DNA from: Macrostomum lignano
Lineage: Eukaryota
NCBI GenBank assembly: GCA_002269645.1
Contig: NIVC01000750.1
Span: 1 to 64,000, forward strand
Reading direction: 5' to 3'
Length of the DNA stretch: 64,000 nucleotides
Shown: in pieces, positions 25,750-36,419 of the stretch
Position numbering within the stretch: position 1 is the first letter of the stretch
Layout: each line of letters opens with the position of its first letter
Made by a program: the position numbers and the translations under genes
Notes under the pieces: generated by a model
Database searches by the model: none
The model's input: only the letters and a program-made list of their open reading frames with translations
Told to the model about the DNA's origin: nothing

Positions 25750-28700
25750 TGCTAATGCTTTGCGATATACTCAAGGAGGTCAAGCGATACGTCCAAGCGG
25801 TCTAGGGTGTTATCGATTGGGTAGCAATAAGGCACTCCGTAGACGACGTAATGCAGCGAGAATCCTGTCGTATGGTTGACAGCTGATCTTAGGGCTGTCA
25901 AAGTGGCTGGAAACATCTTGTCCCACTGTTGATGATCTTCTAGGAGACAAGTGAGCACTTTCTTAATGTTCTTATTACACGATTCAGCTTGTCCGTTGGC
26001 CCAGGGCGAGTATGGTGGCGTCATGGTTTGTTAAATGCCATAGACTTCGCAGAAATGTCAAAACTCATGCCCTGTAAACTGCTTGCCTTGGTCCGAATGG
26101 ATCCACGCAGGGATTCCGGTGGTCGGGAAGACTTGTTTTTGTAGCAGAGTTATGATCGTCTTGGCACGCTGATTTTTCATGGCAAAGGCGAATGGATATT
26201 TCAATGTAGTGTCAACGTACATCAGGATGTACTTGTTGCCTTGGTCTGTCGGGTCTCCAGTGGGGCCCATGATGTTGATCACGCATTGCCCATAGACTTC
26301 ACAGACCAGAAATGACTGTATATGCGCTGGGATGCATTGCCGTCCTTTGCTTTGAGTGCAGGTCTGGCAGGAAGCGACATAGTTGGACATGGCCATGGCT
26401 AGGGCCAGTTGCCAGAACCTCTCATGCACCTTCGCAATGGTGAGATCTTGGCCCATGTGTCCGCAGTAGGGCGAACCATGCAGGTCGGCAAACACTGTGG
26501 CGTTGAGACTCTTTGGTAGTACAATCCTTGCTTTGTCCTCCTTGCCAATATCGTCAAGATGGATGACTTATAGTCTGTTGCCTCAGACTTCCAATTGATC
26601 ATAGAATGCTAAGAGATTTCGCTCTTCTCTTGTTAGATTTAAACGCTTTAGCGGCGGCTTTGGTTGTTGACTTTTGATAAGGTTGATCATCATTGCGATG
26701 GCAGAGTCAGCATGCTGATGAGTCTGGAGCTCCTCTCGAGTGACTGGTCTCAGGATGTGATCAGTTAAGTTCAGGGTTTGGCATCTGTTAGTCAAACTAG
26801 TCAGCGCGGCTTCAGCTGTGGCGGTATGGTTTGGGGTCTGGAGCTCCCTCCGCACAATTGCTACTCTGGCCAGTTGCCAGGTTGTTGAAAAATTTGAAGG
26901 CCAATCCTCGTCAGTCATTTTGGCGTCCCTTGCGTCAGAATTGGACTCAACAGCAGATAAGGGTGAGTTAGCAGAACTGTCGGCATTGAGGCTGAATCTC
27001 ACTTTCTTGAACTCAAAACAGCAAGCGAGTTGGCAGTGGTTGTCGCCGGCTGCACTGTGGTCGCTGTCCTCGTCGCCTTCAGCTAGTAGATGGCGACTCC
27101 TTGAAAGGCAACATGTAGTGTTGCTAAAGCTGGTGGGCGACCTCTGTGAGTCTCAAAATGGCTGGCCTCAGCTTTGTCGCTGGCGGGTACAGCACTGTCA
27201 GTGGCTTGTTGTCGGCTGTTGATGTTGCTGGCGGCGTAGCCTCACCATTGGACTCCTTCGGCTTCGTCAGCGGTTTCCGGCGGGTTGGCTACTTCTTGCT
27301 CGGTGGAGGGCTAGGGTGTCTGCTGTCATGGACCTTCGGTGCCGCTGCACCAGTTATTGCGGCTAGCTGCTTACTTTGGTCCTCATCAGCTGCCTTGCGC
27401 TGAGCCTCCTCCAGACATTTAGTGTTGTCCTCGGGCCGTCTCAAGAGACTGTCAGCATTCTGATGCTGACTTGATTTTCGATGCTAGATCTCGAACTTGA
27501 ATTCGCTGAGGCGCTATAGCCATCGTTCAAAGATTCCTTCTTGCTGAGTTTGCCTTAGGATCCAGGTTAATGCAGCATGATCAGTTCAGCAGATAAACTT
27601 CTTGGCCAGCAGGTAGAATTGGAAGTGTCGCATCCCGTCTACAACTGCCAAGAGTTCTTGCTTCGTAATTGGATATCGGGCTTTGGTTGGTTTGAGTTGC
27701 CAGGAAAAATAGCCAATAGGGCACTCGACCCCATCAGCTTGGCATTGGCTCAGGCAGGCTCCAATTCTGGTCGTAGAAGCATCTGTGTCCAGGACAAACA
27801 TCACTTCTGGATCCTCGCTGAACTGCAGATATGCGAGCACTGAAGTCAAAGTCATAGCTACCTTGAGCTAGTTGAACGCATCTTGCTGGGCTTTTCCCCA
27901 TAGACAATTGAAATTTCAGATTTTCTTCTCTGTAATTAAATCGTGGAGCAGAGCAGCAAGTTCTGTGTAGCCAGGTACAAATTTAGCATAATAGGTGCAC
28001 GTGCAAACAAAACTCTTAAGTTGTCGCGCTGTCCTTGGTCTTGGCCAGGTCTGAATAGCTTCAATTTTTGCCGGGTCAGTTTTGATTCCATCTTTGATCA
28101 TAGCGGGTGTACCCTGGTTCTCTTCTCGTCCTTTAGCTAGCTTAATCTTAATTCAGGCTGATGAAAGCGGTGGCACAGTTGTGCTCTTGGCTATGTAGAT
28201 TCTGCACATGGTAGCCTCAGTTCGCGTATAACAAAGCAGTGTGGCAGTGCCATCCTTGAAAAACAGCATCCCAGCAGCAAGATCCAGTGAGGTGCAGTAT
28301 TTTTCCAGAAACTTGAAGCCCAGGATGTTGTCATGCAATCCTTTTGCTACCAGAAATTTGACTATTGGCTCGAAATTTCCAATCTTAACTTTGATAGTTA
28401 GCTGGCCTGCCATTTGAATAGGTTCACCATTATAGGTCACAATGCGCTGCAGTCAAGGCTCGATTTGGCCACGCGGGGTCGAGTCATCAGTACATAGTCA
28501 GTGCCAGGTCCTGAACTGAGGACTTTGCACTTGGAGCTGGTGTCAAGCAGAAAAGCAAAATAACAGCCTTGAATCTCACCAGTTAAAAACAGATCCCTTC
28601 GAGGTCGCTTGGGTGCAGAGTTCTGTATAGGTACGGCAGAGGCGGGCTCAGCAGTGGCCTGCTGAGCGACTAAAGTCCTCGGCGGGGACTTTAGTGCTGG

Positions 28701-29560
28701 CGCAGCAGCTGGATAGCGATGCCCCCGATGGCGCATCCAGCCGTCCTATTTCCCAAGCTGCCGTTATGCTGGGACGCAGTGCTGGCTGACCACCAGTGCA
28801 GGCACTCATTGGCACAATGCTCGTGGTTGCACCTGTAGCACCTTGCTACACGCTGAGCCAGACTAGCTGCTGTCTCCAAGCGTAGCACAGCCCTTCTTGC
28901 TGCGGTCAGATTCTGAAGTCGCACCAGGATTAGCTGTTCTCTTGCCAACTGAGCAATTCATTCTCCCACAGTGAACTGATCCACCAGTTTAGCCTGCTTC
29001 TGAACTGGGGTAAAATGCTGAAATGCTCGATCAGCTAGAGCAATTAGTTGATTGCTCTAGTCATCAACGCTCTTGTTCTTGCCTTGCTGACAGCTTCAGA
29101 ACTGTTCCCAATACTCCAGTGTGTCAGCCACATGCATAAAGCATTCAGACAATTGCTGTTTGAACTCACCAAACATCAGATTATCAGGCAGCTCCATACT
29201 GACAACTGTATGATAGGTTGTGGTGATGTCCAGGTTCACTAGGACCTCCACCTTCTTGTGTCTATCGTCTGTGATCCCATTGAGCTCGCAATGCTCTTCC
29301 AGAGCCTGGATCCAGACGTTGAATTCCTGGTTCTGTGTGTACCGCTAAATCTTGACCAGTTTCGGTGCCGGAGCTCGATCTTGCTGCTGGGGCTGCTGGT
29401 ACACATGATGGCTAGCTTAGGCTGGTCTGCTCCAGTTGCTATTGCACCTTGTTGGTCACTGCGCAAATCATCTCGTTGTAGGTTGGTCTTGGTGTTGAGT
29501 TGTCGAGGCCTGCGGCGTTGGCTTTTGCTGTTGCGTCTGTGGCCATTGATTTAGTAGTAA
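25750..29560 (-). pseudogene. Degenerate Ty3/gypsy gag-pol (gag with CCHC knuckle, protease, RT thumb, RNase H, integrase), with frameshifts and stops
   Basis: CYRCNHEHCANEC knuckle (28691-28948); FLLDTS protease-like site (28437-28736); TDPAKIEAIQTWPRP..QLKSF RT thumb (27916-28101); LDTDAS..IGACLSQ..KQELLAVV RNase H (27586-27855); H..PYCGHMG..C..C zinc finger and HSDQGKQF, TPPYSPWANGQAE integrase (25752-26602). The PR-RT-RH-IN order is the gypsy order. Confidence 0.93.
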
Positions 29561-29616
29561 TTGAAGCCAAAGTATGGCATTTGAACAACTCGTGGAAAGG
29601 GTTTCGGCATTTCGTA

Positions 29617-29636
29617 ATCCCACTTAGCTGACACCA
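29617..29636 (-). promoter_or_regulatory. Primer-binding site (tggtgtcagctaagtgggat)
   Basis: TGG-starting motif immediately inside the 5' LTR, close to the common gypsy PBS TGGTGTCAGAAGTGGGAT. Confidence 0.8.
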
Positions 29637-29637
29637 G

Positions 29638-30181
29638 TGAGGTAGGGGGAGAAGATTTTTTTACTTTTTTTTGGTTACGTTGAACAAAGGCCAGCTAGCA
29701 TTGAATAATTATTAATATTAATACGATGAAAGATGAATATTTCTTGCGGCGCTGGGGCACTAAATTAAAGCTTACTGAGGCTGGTCAAAGTTAATTCGTG
29801 AACAAATTACTAATAATAAAACACATGCAAACAAACAATTGAAGAAAACAGGGCTCAGGACCATTGCTTAAATACACAAAGAAATGCAGACAAATGCTGG
29901 AGACAGGCGCTGGATAGGGGAGTGGGCAACAAAATTCGCGGGATGGAACAGGCACAAATATGTTAAAACACTGCGCGGAAAAACAAAATTCAGCAAAGGG
30001 ACAACAAATAAACAGTGAAAAGACGCAACTAGGCCATGGAAAAGAAGGGGAGCTAGACAAACAATGGACAGAAATGGGGCAAAAAGTCAGCAGATGGGAA
30101 TGGTGAAATTATTATTATTGTATGCATTTAAAAGTTATTGAGTATTCAAGTTCAGTCAATTGTGGCATCCCGCCTGCCACA
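29638..30181 (-). repeat. LTR copy B (5' LTR) of the gypsy element
   Basis: Starts TGTGGCAGG on the minus strand and ends next to the PBS; homologous to 22864-23382. Confidence 0.87.
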
Positions 30182-31077
30182 ATATAATGTTGACAACTTT
30201 ATGTTTGGATTGTTTGGGAAATGTTAGGCCTATTTTAGATTCGCTTGTACTTGTAACAAAATGAGTTAGTTCACTAGGGCCTATCTTTATTATCTTAAGA
30301 TATACAAATATTTCCTTTTAATATTCATATCATTATATACACATTAATTGTAATACTGAGGTTATATTTATTATTATGCAATAGACAAAATGACTGCATT
30401 ATATTTTTCTAGACAAAAGAATAGTAGACAAACAGGCAGTAGACAAAATGACTATCGACCCCTTTTTGAGCCTTGTAATCTTAATATTCCCTTTCTAAAA
30501 TCTTGGAATATTAGTAACTTTGTAAGCTTTCATATTTCATAACTATACAAATATAGCTAGCATAAAATTGTGATAAACAAAGGGTAAGTAGCAAATCAAA
30601 GACTTATTGATTATTTTTAGAAAAAAAATTATATTTTAGAATTTTTACTTTGTTCTTTGGATAATTTGCAAAACTAGGTATAAGTTGAATTTTTAATCTA
30701 AACAAAATTTTATATTTCCAATTTGTTAACTATTTGCTTTGGTAATGTATTATATATTAATATTCATTTATATTACTTTCTAGTTTATGTCTAAAAGCAT
30801 TTGATATTATATATGATCTGTCAACATTTTTCTGCTAGCTGGATTAGCCAGGGTGATTAGTAGTTATATGTGTATAGTATAGGCCTATTGTGTTTTATAG
30901 ATGACAAGGTAATTATATTAGTTGACACAGTCATTGTTACTCTCGCTATTTATCTATATAATTACAATATGGTAGAATAACACATTTCTTAAGTAATTAA
31001 TAATTTTAATCAATTATCAATGTATTTAGCATTTTTATTGATATAATATACATATTTATTCATAAACATTTCCTGCC

Positions 31078-34000
31078 ATGGACTTGCTGTTGACAACTGA
31101 AACTCAATTAACCATATATAATATCACCAATAATAGTGTCTGGAATTCCACAGCCAGTGTTACACCCTGCTCATCTTCTGATTGCGTCTCGCATATACAG
31201 CTGGCACCATGTGGCCAGTATGCCCTGGCATTGTCAGAGTCAGGTCGTCACCTACTACAGGTATATTCTTTTGTTAATGTTTTCAGTGTTTCTGTAGCTT
31301 GGGGAGTGATTTCTGTACCATCTGAAGCTTCTGGTGTGCGAAGTTGAGACCTGAAGCTTCTGGTAGAAGTAGAGTTGATAGCATCTGAAGCTTCAGGTAG
31401 AGGTAGAGTTGATAGCATTTGAAGCTTTAGGTAGAGGTAGAGTTGATAGCATCTGAAGCTTCAGGTAGAGGTAGAGTTAATAGCATCTGAAGCTTCAGGT
31501 AGAGGTAGAGTTGGTAGCATCTGAAGCTTCAGGTAGAGGTAGAATTGATAGCATCTGAAACTTCAGTTTTAAGTAGAATTTATAGCATCTGAAGCTTCAG
31601 TTTGAAGTAGAATTTATAGCATCTGAAGCTTCAGGCTCGTATAACTTACAGTTTGTAAGGCAAACCTCTTTTCTGTTAAAGACAATTCTTCCCAAATCCT
31701 CATCTCTCTCAGATCCCGCTGGCCAGCCTCTCAGACCAGCTGTCGCATCGGCAGCTTCCGGTTGCCGGGCAGCACAGCTGCATCGCTCTGTCGCCGTACA
31801 CAGGCCGGAGCCTGTCGGCCGGCTCCCACACCGGCCAGCTCACTGTCTACGACGCACCTGAAGGTCATTGCCGTTGGCAACGCCCTTCGCTTCCCTCGCC
31901 AGTTGTCTGTTTAGCCTTTGATCTGGCCGCCAGAGACGATTCCCGCTGTTTAATTGGCTATCAGAGCGGCGATGTTGCCTTGGTGAACATCGGCACTGGC
32001 TACAGGCACTCACCGATGGGTCTGAGGCCTGAGGATCGTTCGGCTTGCGAGTGCCTGGCAACCAGCCAGTTCTGTCCGGGCGTGGCCGCTGCCGGCTACC
32101 GTAGCGGCGCCCTGCTGCTGTGGGACACGAACTCTGGCAGCTCGCGTAGCGTGTTGGCCTGTCCGAGTCGAGAGTCTGGCTCGACCGGCTTCTGTCAGCC
32201 TAGGCGAGCTGTACAGTTCTCTCCAGTCAATGCCAGTCTGCTCTGCTCAACCAGCTGCGACTCCAGCGCTGGCCTGTACGACTCTCTAGCCGGCATTGAA
32301 GTAGGCCGGATTCGCCTGCCGGATGCGGCTACCAGGGGATTAACGTTTAGCCCGGATGGCCAGCTGGTCCTGGTTGGGACTCGAACTAGCGGCTGTCTGG
32401 CCTACGATCTCAGACGAATGCACCAGCCTGTGATGCAAATTCCTGCCGCGGCTGCTGACACTGCTGCTGACCGGGCCAGATCAGTGGCTGTCATTGATTT
32501 GAAGGTTTGTCTTTTCTGTGTCAGATAATGTCTGAATGTGTCAGATAACGCCTGAATGTGTCAGATAATGCCTGAATGTGTCAGATAATGCCTGAATGTG
32601 TCAGATAATTCCCGAATGTGTCAGATGATGCCTGAGAAGTCAGATAATCCCTGAATGTGTCAGATAATGCCTGAAAATGTCAGATAATGCCTGAATGTGT
32701 CAGAAAATGCCTGAATCTGTCAGATAATGTCTGAATGTGTCAGATAATTCCCGAATGTGTCAGATGATGCCTGAGAAGTCAGATAATCCCTGAATGTGTC
32801 AGATGATGCCTGAAAAGTCAGATAATCCCTGAATGTGTCAGATAATGCCTGAAAATGTCAGATAATGCCTGAATGTGTCAGAAAATGCCTGAATGTGTCA
32901 GAAAATGCCCGAAGGTGTCAGATAACTTCCGAATGTTTCAGATAATTCCCGAATGTGTCAGATAATGCCTGAATGTGTCAGATAATTCCCGAATGTGTCA
33001 GATAATGCCTGAATGTGTCAGATAATTCCCGAATGTGTCAGATGATGCCTGAGAAGTCAGATAATCCCTGAATGTGTCAGATAATACCTGAAAATGTCAG
33101 ATAATGCCTGAAAATGTCAGATAATGCCTGAATGTGTCAGAAAATGCCCGAAGGTGTCAGATAACTTCCGAATGTTTCAGATAATTCCCGAATGTGTCAG
33201 ATAATGCCTGAATGTGTCAGATAATGCCTGAATGTGTCAGATAATTCCCGAATGTGTCAGATGATGCCTGAGAAGTCAGATAATCCCTGAATGTGTCAGA
33301 TGATGCCTGAGAAGTCAGATAATCCCTGAATGTGTCAGATAATGCCTGAATGTGTCAGATAATTCCCGAATGTGTCAGATGATGCCTGAGAAGTCAGATA
33401 ATCCCTGAATGTGTCAGATGATGCCTGAGAAGTCAGATAATCCCTGAATGTGTCAGATAATGCCTGAAAATGTCAGATAATGCCTGAATGTGTCAGAAAA
33501 TGCCTGAATGTGTCAGAAAATGCCCGAAGGTGTCAGATAACTTCCGAATGTTTCAGATAATTCCCGAATGTGTCAGATAATGCCTGAATGTGTCAGATAA
33601 TGCCTGAAAATGTCAGATAATGCCTGAATGTGTCAGAAAATGCCCGAAGGTGTCAGATAACTTCCGAATGTTTCAGATAATTCCCGACTGTGTCAGATAA
33701 TGCCTGAATGTGTCAGATAATTCCCAAATGTGTCAGATGATGCCTGAGAAGTCAGATAATCCCTGAATGTGTCAGATAATGCCTGAATGTGTCAGATAAT
33801 GCCTGAATGTGTCAGATAATGCCTGAATGTGTCAGATAATTCCTGAATGTGTCAGATACGGTATTGAGGTGTCTAACAATGTCTAATTGGTGTAAGTTTT
33901 TGGATTATACCCGGACATGTCACATAAGTTGCTTGAATGAAGTGCCCGACCCTGTAACTGCCCTAACAATGGTTACCTAGCAACACGCACTCAAATGTCA

Positions 34001-34800
34001 AACTCATGAGTAACGCTTCATCATATAATATTATTTTCAAACAGTTGATCCCTCAACGTCGCGAGTTCGATCTGAGCTCCCCAACTCCAACGCGTCACAA
34101 ACCGGAGGCAACTGTCCAGCACAATGAGAACCCGGCTCGGCCGCTAGTTGACTTGACCAATCGTCATGCCGACGCCCCATCGACTCCTTCGAATCATTCG
34201 ACATTGTCGGCTACAAAAGACAGCAGCGGCGGCGTGTCAGGGGACAGCAGCGCCGAGGGCCGGGCTCTTGACCGCATTCTCATGGCTCCGCTGCAGCTGA
34301 CTATGCAAGATCACAGTGTTCTACCGCCAAATGATGCTAGTAATACTACTGCTACTGCTACTGTCAGTAGTCAGTCGGCAACTAAACGAGTAACATTTGC
34401 GGAATCATTGGCCGTTTCCTATTCAATGTCTGGTTCTTCGCCTGTCAATCCTACTACTACTATTAGTAGGAGTAGCGCCAGCGCCACTTCAACTGTTGAC
34501 GTGGCCTGTCAGACTACTGATGCTGCTGATGCTACTGACAGTAGCAATGACAGTTTTATAAGACAATTAATACGCGATGAGACAAGGGAATTGCGCAGAC
34601 AATTAAACGATTTACGCTATCAGCTGGTGCACCAGTTGGATATTACGGAAACTAATTTGATGGATGCCATTAGACAGGCCGTGTTAGTGGCGACAACTGC
34701 TCAGAATGGTGCTGATGACTCAACCGAAACCGGCTCTAACCGGCTGGCTCGCGACACCAATCAACTTGATAGACAAATAATTAAATTTCCCGACTTTTGA
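31078..34800 (+). CDS. NEDD1: NEDD1/GCP-WD-like WD40 protein, about 576 aa; join(31078..31260,31713..32504,34045..34800)
   Basis: N-terminal WD40 repeats (GALLLWDT, VQFSP..LLCSTSCD, LTFSPDGQLVLVGT..CLAYDLRRMHQPV), a Ser/Thr-rich linker, and a C-terminal helix FIRQLIRDETRELRRQLNDLRYQLVHQL resembling the NEDD1 gamma-tubulin-binding tail. All junctions are phase 0 GT-AG. Confidence 0.72.
31345..31635. repeat. 34-bp minisatellite in NEDD1 intron 1
   Basis: gcatctgaagcttcaggtagaggtagagttgata, period 34. Confidence 0.92.
32517..33858. repeat. 20-bp minisatellite (tcagataatgcctgaatgtg)n in NEDD1 intron 2
   Basis: Period of 20, with higher-order variant blocks. Confidence 0.96.
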
Positions 34801-35094
34801 ATAAACTTAAATTCATCTCTAATGCTGTTAAACCATGAAAACTCTTTTTCTATCTAGTAACTTCTATTATTATTTATTCATAATTATGCATTTGCTTTTA
34901 TAATTAACAAAACCGCCAAGTCCTAAGTCTTAATAATTAAAAACTTGAATTATGCATTTTTATTATGTTAACACTATACATATTTACATTTTGCACTAAT
35001 TTGTATTGTATAAATACAATCGATCCGGTTTCAAAATAGCTATAGTCACGTGTGCTGTTTGTTTGTTAATACGCACTTTTGGATACATCTGTCT

Positions 35095-36385
35095 GGCCAT
35101 ATGTAGACACGTTCAGGCTGTGCATCTATCTACTCACATATAGACACATTCAGGCTGTGCATCTATCTACTCACATATAGACACATTCAGGCTGTGCATC
35201 TATCTACTCACATATAGACACATTCAGGCTGTGCATCTATCTGCTCACATATAGACACATTCAGGCTGTGCATCTATCTACTCACATATAGACACATTCA
35301 GGCTGTGCATCTATCTACTCACATATAGACACATTCAGGCTGTGCATCTATCTACTCACATATAGACACATTCAGTCTGTGCATCTATCTACTCACATAT
35401 AGACACATTCAGGCTGTGCATCTATCTGTTCACATACAGACACATTCAGACTGGACATCTATCTGCTCACATATAGACACATTCAGGCTGGACATCTATC
35501 TGCTCACATATAGACACATTCAGGCTGTGCATCTATCTGTTCACATATAGACACATTCAGGCTGGACATCTATCTACTCACATATAGACACATTCAGGCT
35601 GTGCATCTATCTGTTCACATACAGACACATTCAGACTGGACATCTATCTGCTCACATATAGACACATTCAGGCTGGACATCTATCTGCTCACATATAGAC
35701 ACATTCAGGCTGTGCATCTATCTGTTCACATACAGACACATTCAGACTGGACATCTATCTGTTCACATATAGACACATTCAGGCTGTGCATCTATCTGTT
35801 CACATATAGACACATTCAGGCTGTGCATCTATCTGTTCACATATAGACACATTCAGGCTGTGCATCTATCTGCTCACATATAGACACATTCAGGCTGTGC
35901 ATCTATCTGTTCACATATAGACACATTCAGGCTGTGCATCTATCTGTTCACATATAGACACATTCAGGCTGTGCATCTATCTGTTCACATATAGACACAT
36001 TCAGGCTGTGCATCTATCTGCTCACATATAGACACATTCAGGCTGTGCATCTATCTGTTCACATATAGACACATTCAGGCTGTGCATCTATCTGTTCACA
36101 TATAGACACATTCAGGCTGTGCATCTATCTGTTCACATATAGACACATTCAGGCTGGACATCTATCTACTCACATATAGACACATTCAGGCTGTGCATCT
36201 ATCTGTTCACATACAGACACATTCAGACTGGACATCTATCTGCTCACATATAGACAAATTCAGGCTGGACATCTATCTGCTCACATATAGACACATTCAG
36301 GCTGGACATCTATCTGCTCACATATAAACACATTCAGACTGGACATCTATCTGCTCACATATAGACACATTCAGGCTGGACATCA
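35095..36385. repeat. 37-bp minisatellite between NEDD1 and FERRY3
   Basis: atctatctactcacatatagacacattcaggctgtgc, period 37. Confidence 0.96.
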
Positions 36386-36419
36386 ATCTATTCTACTCAT
36401 TTGCAATGCTTCATACCCG

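Larger units (their letters stand above)
22864..30181 (-). mobile_element. Ty3/gypsy LTR retrotransposon relic (whole span)
   Basis: Two related LTRs bracket gag-pol remnants, with a PBS next to the right LTR. No convincing TSD or PPT at the left LTR, so the LTR pairing is uncertain. Confidence 0.75.
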
